A stretch of 64,000 nucleotides of DNA from Octopus vulgaris (taxonomy: Eukaryota). This document shows positions 26,468 through 39,160 of this stretch, piece after piece (within the stretch, counting starts at the first letter, position 1; each line of letters begins with the position of its first letter). The notes under the pieces are model-generated. The model had not been told where the DNA came from. It was given only the letters and a program-made list of their open reading frames with translations, and did no database searches. Made by a program: the position numbers and the translations under genes. Location of the stretch: NCBI GenBank assembly GCA_951406725.2, contig OX597820.1, positions 88,412,001-88,476,000 on the forward strand, written 5' to 3'.

Positions 26468-27270
26468 GTCAGCTACACAGACCACTAATCAGTGATTTGC
26501 ACGGTTGACTTAGGCAGGTACCCGGTTAGTGGAAGCTGAACGCGTCACTCCTGGCGTGCCAAGCTTACAGAGACTGGATTATAGAATTAGTTAAGTAGGC
26601 GTTGACGGGTCAATCGTCGACAACAAATGGTAGTTTGTCCTGAAAAGAGTAATTAGAGTAGAATCGATTAGGTAAGGCATTGGCGATAGAAAGAAATAGA
26701 ATAGAAGGAAACTTAGTTAGAAACTTAGAAGAAAGAGGCGCTTAGAAAAGGCATCACAACCTACGTGCTTGCTGCGAGATTGACCCTGGATGAAGTGACA
26801 TAGGTGCACATTGGTCAAAATAGGTACATGGTTTACGAACCTGAGCAGTTGTGTGCATCATTTCAACAACACTTCACTCAACTCCGTGTGACTTGTGCCA
26901 AAGCTACGACATATGCAGCGCTTTCTTGATGGTGAGCAGGCGTGGTTGGCTTTTGTCAAACTCGTGCTTCCACAGCCCGTCACTCTGACGGAGCTGCAGG
27001 CCTAGATCAAGATTGAGGAAGGGCACCTGGTATCTAGAGTGTCGTCAGCCGCTCACAGTCCTCTGTCTGTCGGGCAAGGCGGCCGGTAGAAGTTTCACTC
27101 TGGCGTTCTATAGCGGGGTTAGTGGCAGGCAAGTGCGACTAACTCTTGGAGTAACTCTGTGCATCGACGAGAATCAACTGTTCGGTCTTTGACGAAGGAC
27201 TTTCGGGCTGGGGCCAGTGAATAATTTCCAGAAATCCTCGATCTGGCAGCGCTACCAGGGGCGACGGGGG
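26468..27270 (+). pseudogene. Internally deleted Tx1/L1-clade ORF2 remnant
   Basis: SYTDH...WKLNASLLACQAYRDWIIELVK (end of the APE endonuclease plus the WKLN motif), joined to LRKGTWYLECRQ...TLAFY...RRTFGLGPVNNFQKS. Confidence 0.75.
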
Positions 27271-27298
27271 CATTAATATTGTTATCATTATAGTAATA

Positions 27299-27880
27299 AG
27301 GCAGCGAGCTGGCAGAATTGTTAGCACACCGGACGAAATGCTTAGCGGTATTTCGTCTGCCGCTACGTTCTGAGTTCAAATTCCGCCGAGGTCGACTTTG
27401 CCTTTCATCCTTTCGGGGTCGATAAATTAAGTACCAGTTACACACTAGGGTCGATGTAATCGACTTAATCCGTTTGTCTGTCCTTGTTTGTTCCCTCTTA
27501 GTTTAGCCCCTTGTGGGTAATAAAGAAATAGGTATTTCGTCTGCCATTACGTTCTGAGTTCAAATTCCGCCGAGGTCGACTTTGCCTTTCATCCTTTCGG
27601 GGTCTGATAAATTAAATACCAGTTACACACTAGGGTCGATGTAATCGACTTAATCCGTTTGTCTGTCCTTGTTTGTTCCCTCTTAGTTTAGCCCCTTGTG
27701 GGTAGTAAAGAAATAGGTATTTCGTCTGTCGCTGCATCCTGAGTTCAAATTCCGCCGAGGTCGACTTTGCCTTTCATCCTTTCGGGTTCGATAAAATAAG
27801 TACCAGTTGAACAGTGGGGTCGACGTAATCGACTCATCCCCTCCCCCAAAATTGCTGCCTTACTGGCAAAATTTGAAACC
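27299..27880 (+). mobile_element. SINE family B head-to-tail trimer
   Basis: One head, then three units of about 185 bp, each starting GGTATTTCGTCTG (about 27347, 27531, 27716). Confidence 0.9.
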
Positions 27881-28248
27881 ATTATTATTGTTTGTTATAT
27901 TAAATAAAAGCATATATTAAATCTATCTTCTCCGGATACAATCTCGGTTTCCTATAATAACACACTGTAGTAAAATAACTCTGTTTCTAAAACAACTGGA
28001 GTGATCAGCGAATAGTAAAAAGGAAACCGACATAGAAAATGAGTGCTTATCTCCAAAGTTTGTGAAGTACAGAAATAAATACCCGAAAATAACGGAAGGA
28101 ACCGAAACATCAACATCAAGAATTCTGTCGTGTTCTCTTTGTTGATAAAGAAAAAGTAGCTTTAATCACTGAAGTTAACAGTAAAAATACATTAGATGTA
28201 TATTTACAGAAATGAGAATTATACTATGCAGATATGATTTTAACCGCG

Positions 28249-28350
<102 letters not shown>

Positions 28351-28353
28351 GTG

Positions 28354-28395
<42 letters not shown>

Positions 28396-28590
28396 TATGT
28401 TTATGTGTGTGTGTATGTGTGTATATATATATATGTATGTATATATATATATATATATATATATTAACTGTAAAACCACCTAAAATTGCGCTCACATGCA
28501 TACACACAAATGCCATTAATGTTTCAAATATAAATATACACGAAGAGAAACTTTAAAGAAGCACTCCTTGCATAAAGGTAGGTAGAATAT

Positions 28591-28660
<70 letters not shown>

Positions 28661-28876
28661 CACACATATATATATATATGTACATACACACACACACACA
28701 TATATATATATATAGCTGAATGTACACACATACACACGCACACACACACATACACATGTATAATATTTGTTCATACTCAGACATAGAAACGGACACACAC
28801 AATAAAACACACATCTTTGTCTAAACATTCATAATCTGATAATAACTGAATTTTTATACGTTTCTTATATTTTTGG

Positions 28877-28960
28877 AATGATATACATTCTAACGGTATT
28901 ACATTCAACACCGAATGATATACATTCTAACGGTTTTACGTTCAACACCTAATGATATCA
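28877..28960. repeat. 37-bp tandem repeat, about 2.3 copies
   Basis: Repeated GAATGATATACATTCTAACGGT-TTAC-TTCAACACC. Confidence 0.8.
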
Positions 28961-28989
28961 TAAATCTTCATAATGATAATATCAGTGAT

Positions 28990-29380
28990 AAATTGTTTCG
29001 TTGAGGATATCTCCGTGTCTCGTATATAAATTCGTGTTTGTATGAATACAGGATGTATTTTTCTCACAGTATTCCAAGAATCTTTTCAAAAGTTATTTTG
29101 GTTGAATTCTTGGATGCTTTGCTAATGTCATCTCTCAGCAAATAATTTTTACACTGTCTGAACATATGTCAGGCTAAAGATTTCGATTTTGTCATGAAAG
29201 TGACTCGAATGCATTGGTATCGATATACTGCAACTACAGCAAAAGACATCTGGGGCGATTTCGTTTCTTCAGGCTCTGAAGTATAAAGTGTTATTTAACA
29301 CTATACGTTTTTAAAAAGGATTTTTCCGGATGATAAACCGTAGCTCTTGGGGTTTAAACAACACACGTATATGGTATTGG
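28990..29380 (-). pseudogene. Possible decayed Tc1 transposase N-terminal region
   Basis: RNRPRCL...LAKHPRIQ... resembles Tc1 'GRPRKL...KNPR.T'. Heavily frameshifted. Confidence 0.4.
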
Positions 29381-29789
29381 TAAAATTTAACTAATATTCA
29401 GCAAATTCAATCTGCAATCGAAACAGTGAAGACGTGCAAAATAATCCTGAAATTCAGTTTTATAAATCTATATTATTTTTTTTTAACTTCATTCTAATGA
29501 TAAAGATTGGTTTATCATTTTCACTTATTGGATCCGGAAGAAAGGGATGCGACCATGTACTTCACAGATACATTGGTGCAACAGCATCGAATCATTCGAT
29601 GTTCTTGGGAAGCTGCTAAATGTCGAATGGGCACAGTGGCCAATGCAGGTCACGGGTGATGCACAGAATATGGGTTTTGAAAGGTAAAAAGATGAGTGAC
29701 TCGAAGGTTCTTGGGTGGATGAGGTACAAAAGCTAGCCCCGAAAAGCAGAAGCTACTGTTGTATCACTAAAAAAAGTAATAATGATAAA

Positions 29790-30038
29790 TGCGCCCTTTT
29801 TTAAAGCCTTGCCAGGCTCATGGGTCCGGTTTCCCGGTATTAATGGCGTATGTGTTCCCAAGCTGGACGAGACGCCAGTCCATCGCAGCGTTACTCATTT
29901 TTGCCAGCTGAGTGGACTGGAGCAACGTGAAATGAAGTGTTTTGCTCAAGAACACAACGCGTCTCCCGGTCCAGGAATCGAAACCACCATCTAACGATCA
30001 TGGTGCTGACACCTTAACCACTAAGCCACGCACCTCCA
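29790..30038 (-). mobile_element. Chimeric SINE: family C head/CORE with family D tail
   Basis: 29905-30038 matches family C. 29790-29900 (GCCAGGCTCATGGGTCCGGTTT...CCAGTCCATCGCAGCGTTACTCA) matches 269-380. Confidence 0.8.
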
Positions 30039-30450
30039 ATTGTATCACTAAAGAAAAAGTAAATAAAGAAGGCAAAATGTCTGTTGATAAGACGTTGAAA
30101 TGTTTTTTACGATTGACTTCATCTCAGTCGAAAAGTAATTTTTGATTACATCTAGGATGGTGCAGAGGAGCTGGTACGGGACTGCCTGCGATGGAGAACA
30201 CTTGCGGACCTGGTCGTTTCTATGCATGATGACGTTTCTGAGACCATTAACTTGGGATGACTCCATCCTCATCAAGCGAGAGCATGAAGCAAAACGTATG
30301 TGTGTCAGTAGCAGCGTACCAAGTTCGAGAGTAATAACACATCATGAGTTCTCCGTGAGCTTTGCTGGCTGTTACATTTTCTTCCTGAAGAATCAGACTA
30401 GACCAGACTTTATAACGTAGCTTAGTTACGGTGAAGATGTGACATCACGA

Positions 30451-30716
30451 GGAGAGTTGGCAGCTAGGAAAGTTATCTTTCTTGGGATTGATACGAATTG
30501 GAGAATGTTTCCGGAGATCAGGATAAATTCCCAGAGAAAGAGAGAGAGGGGGAGGGAAGAGAGAGAGAGAGGCAGATAGACAGACTAGCAGAGTTTGAAG
30601 AGTTCGTCAAGGATAAGGCTAGCTTTGGCTTGAACTGTTTGAAGGTAATGTAAGGAACATTGTCAGGGCCGTTGACCTATTGGTTTGACTCTAATTGAGT
30701 TGGCGAAAGCAACTTT
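30451..30716. repeat. Unclassified dispersed repeat; uninterrupted counterpart of 36232-36976
   Basis: Reverse complement of 36232-36385 plus 36817-36976, joined through a (GA)n tract. Confidence 0.9.
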
Positions 30717-31714
30717 ATGCCTATGCGTATGTGATGATAAACCTGGTAGAGATTAATGGTTTTGGAGAAGATTTACCTTGTGTGTGCGAATATTATGGAG
30801 TTTTGGGGATTTTTATAAGTTATTTTTCTTTTTAATATTGAGTGAAAACAATACATTTGATCCTTTATGGAGCTACGAGACTGGCAGGGGGAAAGTGGCC
30901 CAAAACCGGACACCTCTTCCGAGCGCTTGCAAAAGAGTGCACTCTGTTAAAGGCACCCTAGGTGTCAGGCAGTGATGTAAAGCCGGACGACGGATTAAGC
31001 CTACCTTAGGTGCTAAACGGATTAGGTCTAGCATGCATGAAGGCCAAAGCCCAGAAGGAATTACTGCAAGACATTTGGTCCGACATGTTTATAATTCCAC
31101 CAATCCATCGCCCTGGACTGGTACTTTGTTTTTTTATCAAACCTTGAGGGAGAAAAGTAATTTGACCTCGATGTGATTTGTACTCAGAGTGCAGAGAGTC
31201 TGAACAATAATCACGCAACACTCAATCTTATGGCTCTAACGACTGCCAGTTCTTCATCTAAACTGAATGCAAAGTGAGCAGCAGTTCCACTAAGTACAGA
31301 ACTATCAATGATGAAAGGTAAACTATGGAGGATTGCGTAAAAGATGGTAGTGACCCAGTCAGCAAGCGGCGGTGGGTGGGAGTCGGCAACAGTTTGTGAA
31401 GCAGAGGGTTTTCAGTTTGTGGGATATCCGCAGGTATACTTCGCGATTCGGATGAGAGTCTTGCAGGATTTACAATGTTGAGCGAAGTGTTGTTAGCAGT
31501 AGTGCTCTTTATATTGTGCGGTTATGAATAAACCATTCAGAGGTTTTAGAGACATGAATTTTGGTTTTATGTGCTAAAGTGCTGGAATGAAATTTGCTTA
31601 GCGACCCTGTAAATCCAAGCCCAAACTTCCTTTTACAAATAAGGTCGATTTTTTTTTCAATCTCAATAGCAAAACAAACACAGGTAATGATAATAATAAT
31701 TATAATATTTGTAC

Positions 31715-31885
31715 ACCCGGGTGAAATACTTAGCAGTATTGCGTCCGTCTTCAGGTTCTGAGTTCAAATTCCGAGGTCGACTTTGCCGTTCATCCTTTCG
31801 GTGTCGATGAAATAAGTATCGAGTCGATGTAATCGACTTACCGCCTCCCCTGAAGTCGTTGGCCTTGTGCCAAAATTTGAAATCA
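31715..31885 (+). mobile_element. SINE family B fragment nested in a hAT-like MITE
   Basis: Family B core motifs. The flanks resemble 23529-23715 (TTTTACAAA-AAGGTCGAT; GCACCTCCTAATCCCGAGCC). Confidence 0.6.
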
Positions 31886-32940
31886 TTATTATGCTTGTAT
31901 AGATCAACCAAATCAGATCAATCCAATAATAGAAAAGTAATGTTTCAAATCAGTCCAAAGACATTTCTACGCTCGTTCGTTTCGGTGATGAAGATTTCCA
32001 AGAGGATATCCAAAGTGTTTTCAATGCCTACATGCAAAAAAAAAAATAGAATAAAAAAGAAAGGGTGGGGTTGCACTTGCACCTTTTGCACCTCCTAATC
32101 CCGAGCCTGTGTTTGTGTAAGATGTGGAACGGCATGTCTAGAGATGACGGTTTCAATCAACCGTTTAACTGTTTCTGGTGTGTTAAATAAAAAACACAAG
32201 TGCAGCCAAGGAACTACCGTTAGAACTCCAACCAATCACTATACATACACAAAACACACACACATTAAGAAAATATTTACTCATACAACCAACTGTTTCA
32301 CGTAACCACAACACATACACACGCATGTATATATATATATATACCGCAGTGTAAGTTTATACATACGTCGTTTCAACAACGCATTCTGAAACATCTGGAA
32401 AGACACGCTATATACGTCACACACTAACACACACACACACACACACACGTATGTGTACTATACCCAGAAATACGCATACACACCACATATAGATACATGC
32501 AGATACACAACATCCGTAAACGCAAAGACAAAACATCACACATAGACACACACAGATACGACAATCACAGAAAGAAAATATTTATATAGGCAGCCAACAT
32601 CTTCATAAGCGCACACCGCATACAGTTAGACACATACAATCAACACGTAAACACACACTCACACACACACACAAACACATATATACATTCACATGCTCTC
32701 TCTGTATCATCACACTCACATACACTTACACAATCAATACAAACACATACAGTCAACAGTAAATCATACACACCCGTACGCACACAGACACATTATCTTC
32801 CTCTTCCATCTCTTTCACAAATATACTGACACATTCACTGTTCCTGTGCGTCAGTCTGTCAGTTTGTCCGTTCGTCTGTGTGACTTCTGTCTGTCTGTCT
32901 GCCTCTCTCGCGTCCTCTCCCACTCACGCACTCACACACA

Positions 32941-32988
<48 letters not shown>

Positions 32989-33211
32989 TACTCACAACTA
33001 CAGAAGAGGTCTGCTCTGTACAGCAGACGATCCGACGACATACCGGACAGACGTACTCTAACTAGAGTTAAAAGGTCATGGGTAAATGACGACGACGAAA
33101 TACTGTTGCTATTCTCTCTGCCGCCTTCACTCCCACCGCTTCCTTCCTTAACAAGTGGCCGCACACTTGTTAGCAACAGATGATAATGACGCTTTTGGCA
33201 ACACAAATAAA

Positions 33212-33319
33212 GGCTGCTGCTGCTGCTGCAGTTCGTACTACAACTACTACTACTACTACTACCACCACCACCACCACCACTACTGCTGCTGCTGCTACAA
33301 CTATTCCTACTACAACCAT

Positions 33320-33354
<35 letters not shown>

Positions 33355-33394
33355 TTCCTACTGCTACTGCCACCACTACTCTTACTTCTGCCAT

Positions 33395-33450
<56 letters not shown>

Positions 33451-33571
33451 TTCCTACTGCTACTGCCACCACTACTCTTACTTCTGCCATTACTACTACT
33501 ACTACTACTACTACTACTCTCACCGCCACCACCACCACCTCGACCAGCACCAGCACCAGCACCAGCACCAG

Positions 33572-33648
<77 letters not shown>
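33212..33648. repeat. (CTA)n/(CCA)n compound microsatellite with a duplicated higher-order unit
   Basis: ATTCCTACTGCTACTGCCACCACTACTCTTACTTCTGCCATT occurs twice. Confidence 0.9.
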
Positions 33649-33825
33649 GATTTGGTAATCTTTTATCCGAAATGTGTGGAGACAAAAGTTTTTCGGATTT
33701 CGGAGAGTTTCCTGATTTTGGAAATGACTACATCTTTAAAAAGAGACAATTTGAGTTTGGGAAACAAGTTTACACTTCACAATACAGTTTATGCATATAC
33801 CAACCACGAAGGTGGTCTTATATGA

Positions 33826-34474
33826 AGGTAGTAGTAGTGGCTGTGTAGTAAGTAGCTTGCTTACGGGCCACATAGTTCCGTGTTCAGTCCCATTGCGTGG
33901 CACCTTGGGTAAGTGTCTTCTACTATAGCCTCGGGCCGACCAAAACCTTGTGACTGGATTTGGTAGACGGAAACCGAAAGAAGCCCATCGTATATATGTA
34001 TGTGTGTGTGTGTGTGAGTGTATGTTCGTGTGTCCGTATTTGCCCCCCCTCCTAACATCACTTGACAACCGATGCTGGTGTGTTTACGTCCCCGTAACTC
34101 AGCGGTTCGACAAAACAGACCGATAGAATAAGTTCTAGGCTTACAAAGAATAAGTCTTGGGGTCGATTTGCTCGACTAAAGGCGGTGCTCTAGCATGGCC
34201 ACAGTGAAATGACGGAAACAAGTAAAAGAGTAAAAGAGTAGTTAATATGAATATGTTGGCACAGGAGTGGCTGTGTGGTGAGAAGCTTGCTTTCCAAGCT
34301 CATTGTTCCTAGTTCAGTCTCGCTGTGTGACACCTTGGACAAGTGCCTTCTACTATAGCCTCGGGCCGACCAAAGCCTTGTGAGTGGATTTGGTCGACGG
34401 AAACTGAAAGAAGCGCGTTACATATGTGTGAGTGTGTGCGCGCGTGTGTGTGTGTTTATCACTCTCTCAGTATA

Positions 34475-34512
<38 letters not shown>

Positions 34513-35350
34513 TTTATCTATGCTTGTCCCCCATCACCGCTTGACAACCTGGTGTTGGTGTGTTAACGTCTTTGTAACTAAGCGGTTAGGCAACAAGATT
34601 CCAATAGAATAAGTACCAGGCTAAACAAAAAAAAAACAAAAAAAAAAAAATTATTGAGTTCGATTCGTTCGACTAACTTATTCTTCAATACGGTGCCCCA
34701 GCATGGCCGCAGGCTAATGACTGAAACAAATGAAAGAAAAAAATATAAAAAAAGATGCCGCAAGTCCAATTTCGCACAACATATGACAGTTTCACTTTGC
34801 AATTTTTTTTTCTCTTTACATCAAAACAAATACGCCTACGACATTATCGCTTCCGTTTGTTAACCACATAAAACAAACATACGTCATTCTCGTTTTTTAT
34901 ACTATCGTTTTATTGCCATCGACAACCTCATGTCTTTTAACAACAACAACAAAAAAACAAAGATAATTTAGGCGCAGATATTGTAATGTGGTCAAGAAGC
35001 TCGTTTTTTCAATTGCGTAGTTTTGGGTTCAGTCCCAGTGCTCGGCACGCTAGGCGAGTGTCTTTTTTTTTTTATTATTTTAGCTCCAATCGATCAATGC
35101 GTTGTGAGTGAATTTGGTAGATGGAAACTGTATGAAAACACCCTTCGTAAATAAATATACATGTATGTGTGTTTTTGTGTTTGTGTTAGTCCTCCTACCA
35201 ACACTTGACAAGTGAACTAAGCGGCTCGGCAAAAGCAACTAATAGAATAAGTACCAGACATAAAAATAAACCTTGGAGTCGACTCAGTCGATTAAACACT
35301 TCTCGGTAGTACTCCAGCATGACCGCATTCCAATCACTGAAACAGGAAGG
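33826..35350 (+). mobile_element. Three family A SINEs of increasing divergence (33826-34240, 34258-34740, 34970-35350)
   Basis: Head, CORE-like and tail motifs repeat in the same orientation. Confidence 0.85.
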
Positions 35351-35387
35351 AAATAAAATATGAAGTAATTTGTTTTCTCCAGTTTTG

Positions 35388-35604
35388 TTTATTGCTCACA
35401 GGGGGTTAAACATAGAGGGGACAAGCAAAGAGATTAAGTCGATTACATCGGCCCCCAGCGCGTAACTGGTACTTATTTTATCGACCTCGAAAGGATGAAA
35501 GGCAAAGTCGACTTCGGCGGAATTTGAACTCTGAACGTAACGGCAGACGAAATACCGCTAGGCGTTTCGTCCGGCGTACTAACGACTCTGCCAGCTCACC
35601 GCCC
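35388..35604 (-). mobile_element. SINE family B
   Basis: Matches 1676-1908. Confidence 0.85.
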
Positions 35605-36385
35605 TCCAGTTTTATTGAAATAAAATTTTACATTTATGAGATCTAATTAAGTAAATAAATGTTGATCAAAAGTTATAAAATAGTGGAATAATTTTAACAA
35701 AACACAAATCCTTTTGATTGATATTGGTTCGCAAAATTTCTAAAGAAGTGATCGCTTGATCGGCTTGACATAGCAGCTAAAATCTCTCAGATCAAATACT
35801 AAAGTTCAAGTCACGTACACCACTATTTTATTTATTTATTTATTTATTTATTTATGTATTTGTCTTGTTAACTATTTACAAGATGGAAACGTAATGGCAT
35901 AATGGTGATCTATGGATATAATACCTTCCTTTCAGTTTCTCTAACAAATATTCATACCGCTAATAATAATTCTTTCTGCTATAGGCACAAGGCCCTTAAT
36001 TTGTGGGGAGTAGGCTAAGCGATTACATCGACCTTAGTGCTCAGCTGGTACTTTCATTATTGACCCCGTAAGAATATAAGGCAAAGACAATGGTGAATTT
36101 TAAACTCGGAACATAAAGACCCAGACGAAATACCGCCGCCTTACGAATACTGGTTTCACATTTTTGCACAAGGCCAGCAATTTCGGAGGTGAGGGTAAGT
36201 CAATTACAGCGACAGCAGTCTGCATTCGATCGAGGTTGCTTTCGTTAACTTAATTCGATTCAAGCCAATAGGTCAACGGCCCTGACAATGTTCCTTACGT
36301 TACCTTCAAACAGTTCAAGCCAAAGCTAGCCTTATCCTCGACGAACTCTTCAAACTCTGTTAGTCTGTCTATCTGCTTCTCTCTC

Positions 36386-36816
36386 GGTAGTTGCTATGGC
36401 GAAAGAAATAGTATGGAAGACGAGAGTGAAAGGAATTGCAACAGGCATGTTTATCTCCAGTCTCGAGCTAATCGACTTTTTCGTTTTCCACATGAAACGG
36501 AAAATAAGGCTGGAGAAGAAATGCCTGTTGCAAAGTGTGTTTCGTAAAAGATGGAAGTATATAGCAAGTATGTTGCGAGTGAAAGAACCTGTTTAATCGA
36601 GAATGTAAAAAAGGAGAAAGCAAAGTCTTCAGTGTGAGTATGTTGTTTGTGGGGTCAACTATGTCCTCCGCTTCATTTTTTGTTAATCACTCATTCTCAT
36701 TTAATTGTATATATTTTAATTGTTTGTTTATTCATACGTTTCGTCTCATTCGATACCCTAACCCCAACGTTTGTTTTGTCCCCTATTTTTTCAAACTTAT
36801 GGTGAATAAAGAAATG
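36386..36816 (+). mobile_element. 5'-truncated Tx1/L1-clade retrotransposon inserted in (TC)n
   Basis: ORF end MAKEIVWKTR...LIDFFVFHMKRKIRLEKKCLLQSVFRKRW; 3' UTR ends AATAAAGAAATG; TC repeats on both sides; absent from the paralogous repeat at 30451-30716. Confidence 0.75.
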
Positions 36817-36849
<33 letters not shown>

Positions 36850-37572
36850 CCTCCCTCTCTCTCTCCCTCTCCCCTCCCTCTCTCTCTCTTTCTCTGGGAA
36901 TTTATCTTGATCTCCGGAAACATTCTCCAATTTGTATCAATCCCAAGAAAGATAACTTTCCTAACTGCCAACTCTCTGTCGTTTGCAAACTCTCAGAGAT
37001 GATGAATGCACTCATTTACATTTTCTTACTCTACGTTTTTAATCTCCCTCGTTACTAACCACCAGAACGGCTTCTACAAAACCAGATCTATCACAGACCG
37101 CTCCTAAGTGAGCTACTAGTTGCTCCTCGACTTCCCGGGTTAGAAAAAGCAAAGAAATCTTTTCGGGTTTGGAAAAACAGGGAAATCTGCAAGTTGCACA
37201 CTACTGTCTTAAAAATATAAGGGTACATTGGATTATACAGTTCTAGATACATTATGCCTGTGGAAAAACTATGGGATAGTCACGGCTAAAATGTTTCTAA
37301 TCATAGGTCAGCTATATTAGGGGCTTATCGAGGGCTAAACAACAATAGTCAACATATCACACTTACGGCTAATTACGGGTTATATCAGTAATGAAATTAC
37401 TTACATGGAACGGTGAAACACGATAGAAAGACTTTTATACACGTCTTTTTGCATAACTATGACATTGCCCAGAGTATTTTCCTTTACCTAAACGTGGTGA
37501 GAGGGATGAGGGCGAATTTGGCTGCTATTTCTGGCAGATCAAATGACCATGTAGAAGCTCTTTACTGGCTCG

Positions 37573-37750
37573 TGGCATACTTGCATCATACCGGGTGGCA
37601 TATTTCTTAGTATTATACCGAATACCATACTTCTTAATATCATATCAGGTGGCATACTTTTAGTATCATAACAGGTAGCATAAGTTTTACAATCATAACG
37701 AGGCATACATTTTATTATCATGGCGGTAGAATACGTTTTCATATTATAGA
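37573..37750. repeat. Degenerate minisatellite, period about 27 bp
   Basis: Recurring GGCATAC-TTT-AGTATCATA units. Confidence 0.6.
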
Positions 37751-38064
37751 GCTTACAGAATTGCTACCACGCCGGACAAAATGCTTGGCGTCATTTTTTC
37801 CGGCTCTTTAGTTCTGAGTTTGAATGCCGCTCTGATCGACCTTACTTTTCACCCTTACGAGGTCGTTAAAATAGGTAACAGAAAATACTGGGGATCGATG
37901 AAATTGACTTCCTGTTCCCATCAAAATGTCTAGCCTTACGCCAAAAGTTAAAAAAAAAAAAAATTCCTAACGGGTGACCCCTACTTCAAGATATTAAAAT
38001 GGATGGCATTATTTTTGATACCTTAACAGGTAGCCTAATATTCTAAGGGAGAGAAATTTCAGTA

Positions 38065-38341
38065 AAAGAAACGGTGAAGTAAGAAGCTTTGCTTACCAAA
38101 CCACATGGATCCGGGTTCAGTTCCACTGCGTGGTACCTTGGACAAATGGCTTTTACTACAACCTCGGACCGATCAAAGCCTTGTGAGTGGATTTGGTGGA
38201 CGGTAACGGAAATAAGCCAGTCGTATATATGTGTATATGCATACATGCATGCATGCACGCATACATACATACACACATACATACATACATACATACATAC
38301 ATACATACATACATACATACATACATACATACATACATACA

Positions 38342-38377
<36 letters not shown>

Positions 38378-38393
38378 CATGCATATATATACA

Positions 38394-38491
<98 letters not shown>

Positions 38492-38871
38492 TTTGTCGCC
38501 GTAAGGCTTCCACTTCACATGCCAGTTTAATTTAACTTGTCCTCTTAGTCGAAAGTCACCTGTTGTTAAAACTTGTTTGTATTTGTAATCGTGTAACATT
38601 TTCTCCGTTTTCTCCTGTTTTTTTTTCCGTGTTGTCGCCCGATTTCTTCCAAAACTTTAATGCCCTTAGCTTAAATTTTTGGGGCCTACCAATTTTGAAC
38701 AGTCTCAAGTGTAACAGGCCGAAACTGTAGTGATAATTGGAAGCTTGACTGATGAATAGAAAGCCAAGAATGTTCTGTCCTGGTTTTCCTGCCCGTCTTT
38801 GTATCGTCTTTGTATCGTCCATCTGTCCGTATGTTTTCATTGTTGTTCGTTACGTTCTTGTTCTGTTTTTT

Positions 38872-38931
<60 letters not shown>

Positions 38932-39160
38932 GTACACGTCTATGTGTGAGTATCTTTGTGTCTGTGTTTGTCCCCTTCCACCGCTTGAAAACCGGTGTTG
39001 GTATGTTTACGTCCCCGATAAGCAAAAGAACCGATGGCATAAGTACTAGGCTTTAACAAAAACTCCCAAAAGTCCTGGGATTGATTTGTTCGAATAAAAC
39101 CTTTCAAGGCGGTGCTCTACCATGGCCGCAGTTAAATGAATGAAAGCAAGTAAAAGCTAA
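38065..39160 (+). mobile_element. SINE family A with expanded internal microsatellite carrying an insert (about 38495-38872)
   Basis: Head at 38065-38225 and 3' half at 38940-39160, separated by (CATA)n, (TA)n, (TG)n and unique DNA. Confidence 0.7.

Noticed and set aside
27347-27880. CRISPR-like regularly spaced repeats
   Set aside because: The units are whole SINE bodies with no unique spacers; eukaryotic context with no cas genes.
27940-28035. Short inverted repeat TCGGTTTCCT/AGGAAACCGA with CTGATCA on the minus strand
   Set aside because: The core is non-canonical and the stems are unconvincing.
33180-33848. 222-aa Thr-rich mucin-like ORF
   Set aside because: It is a translation of (CTA)n/(CCA)n microsatellite, open in several frames, and runs into a SINE head; no domain or splice evidence.
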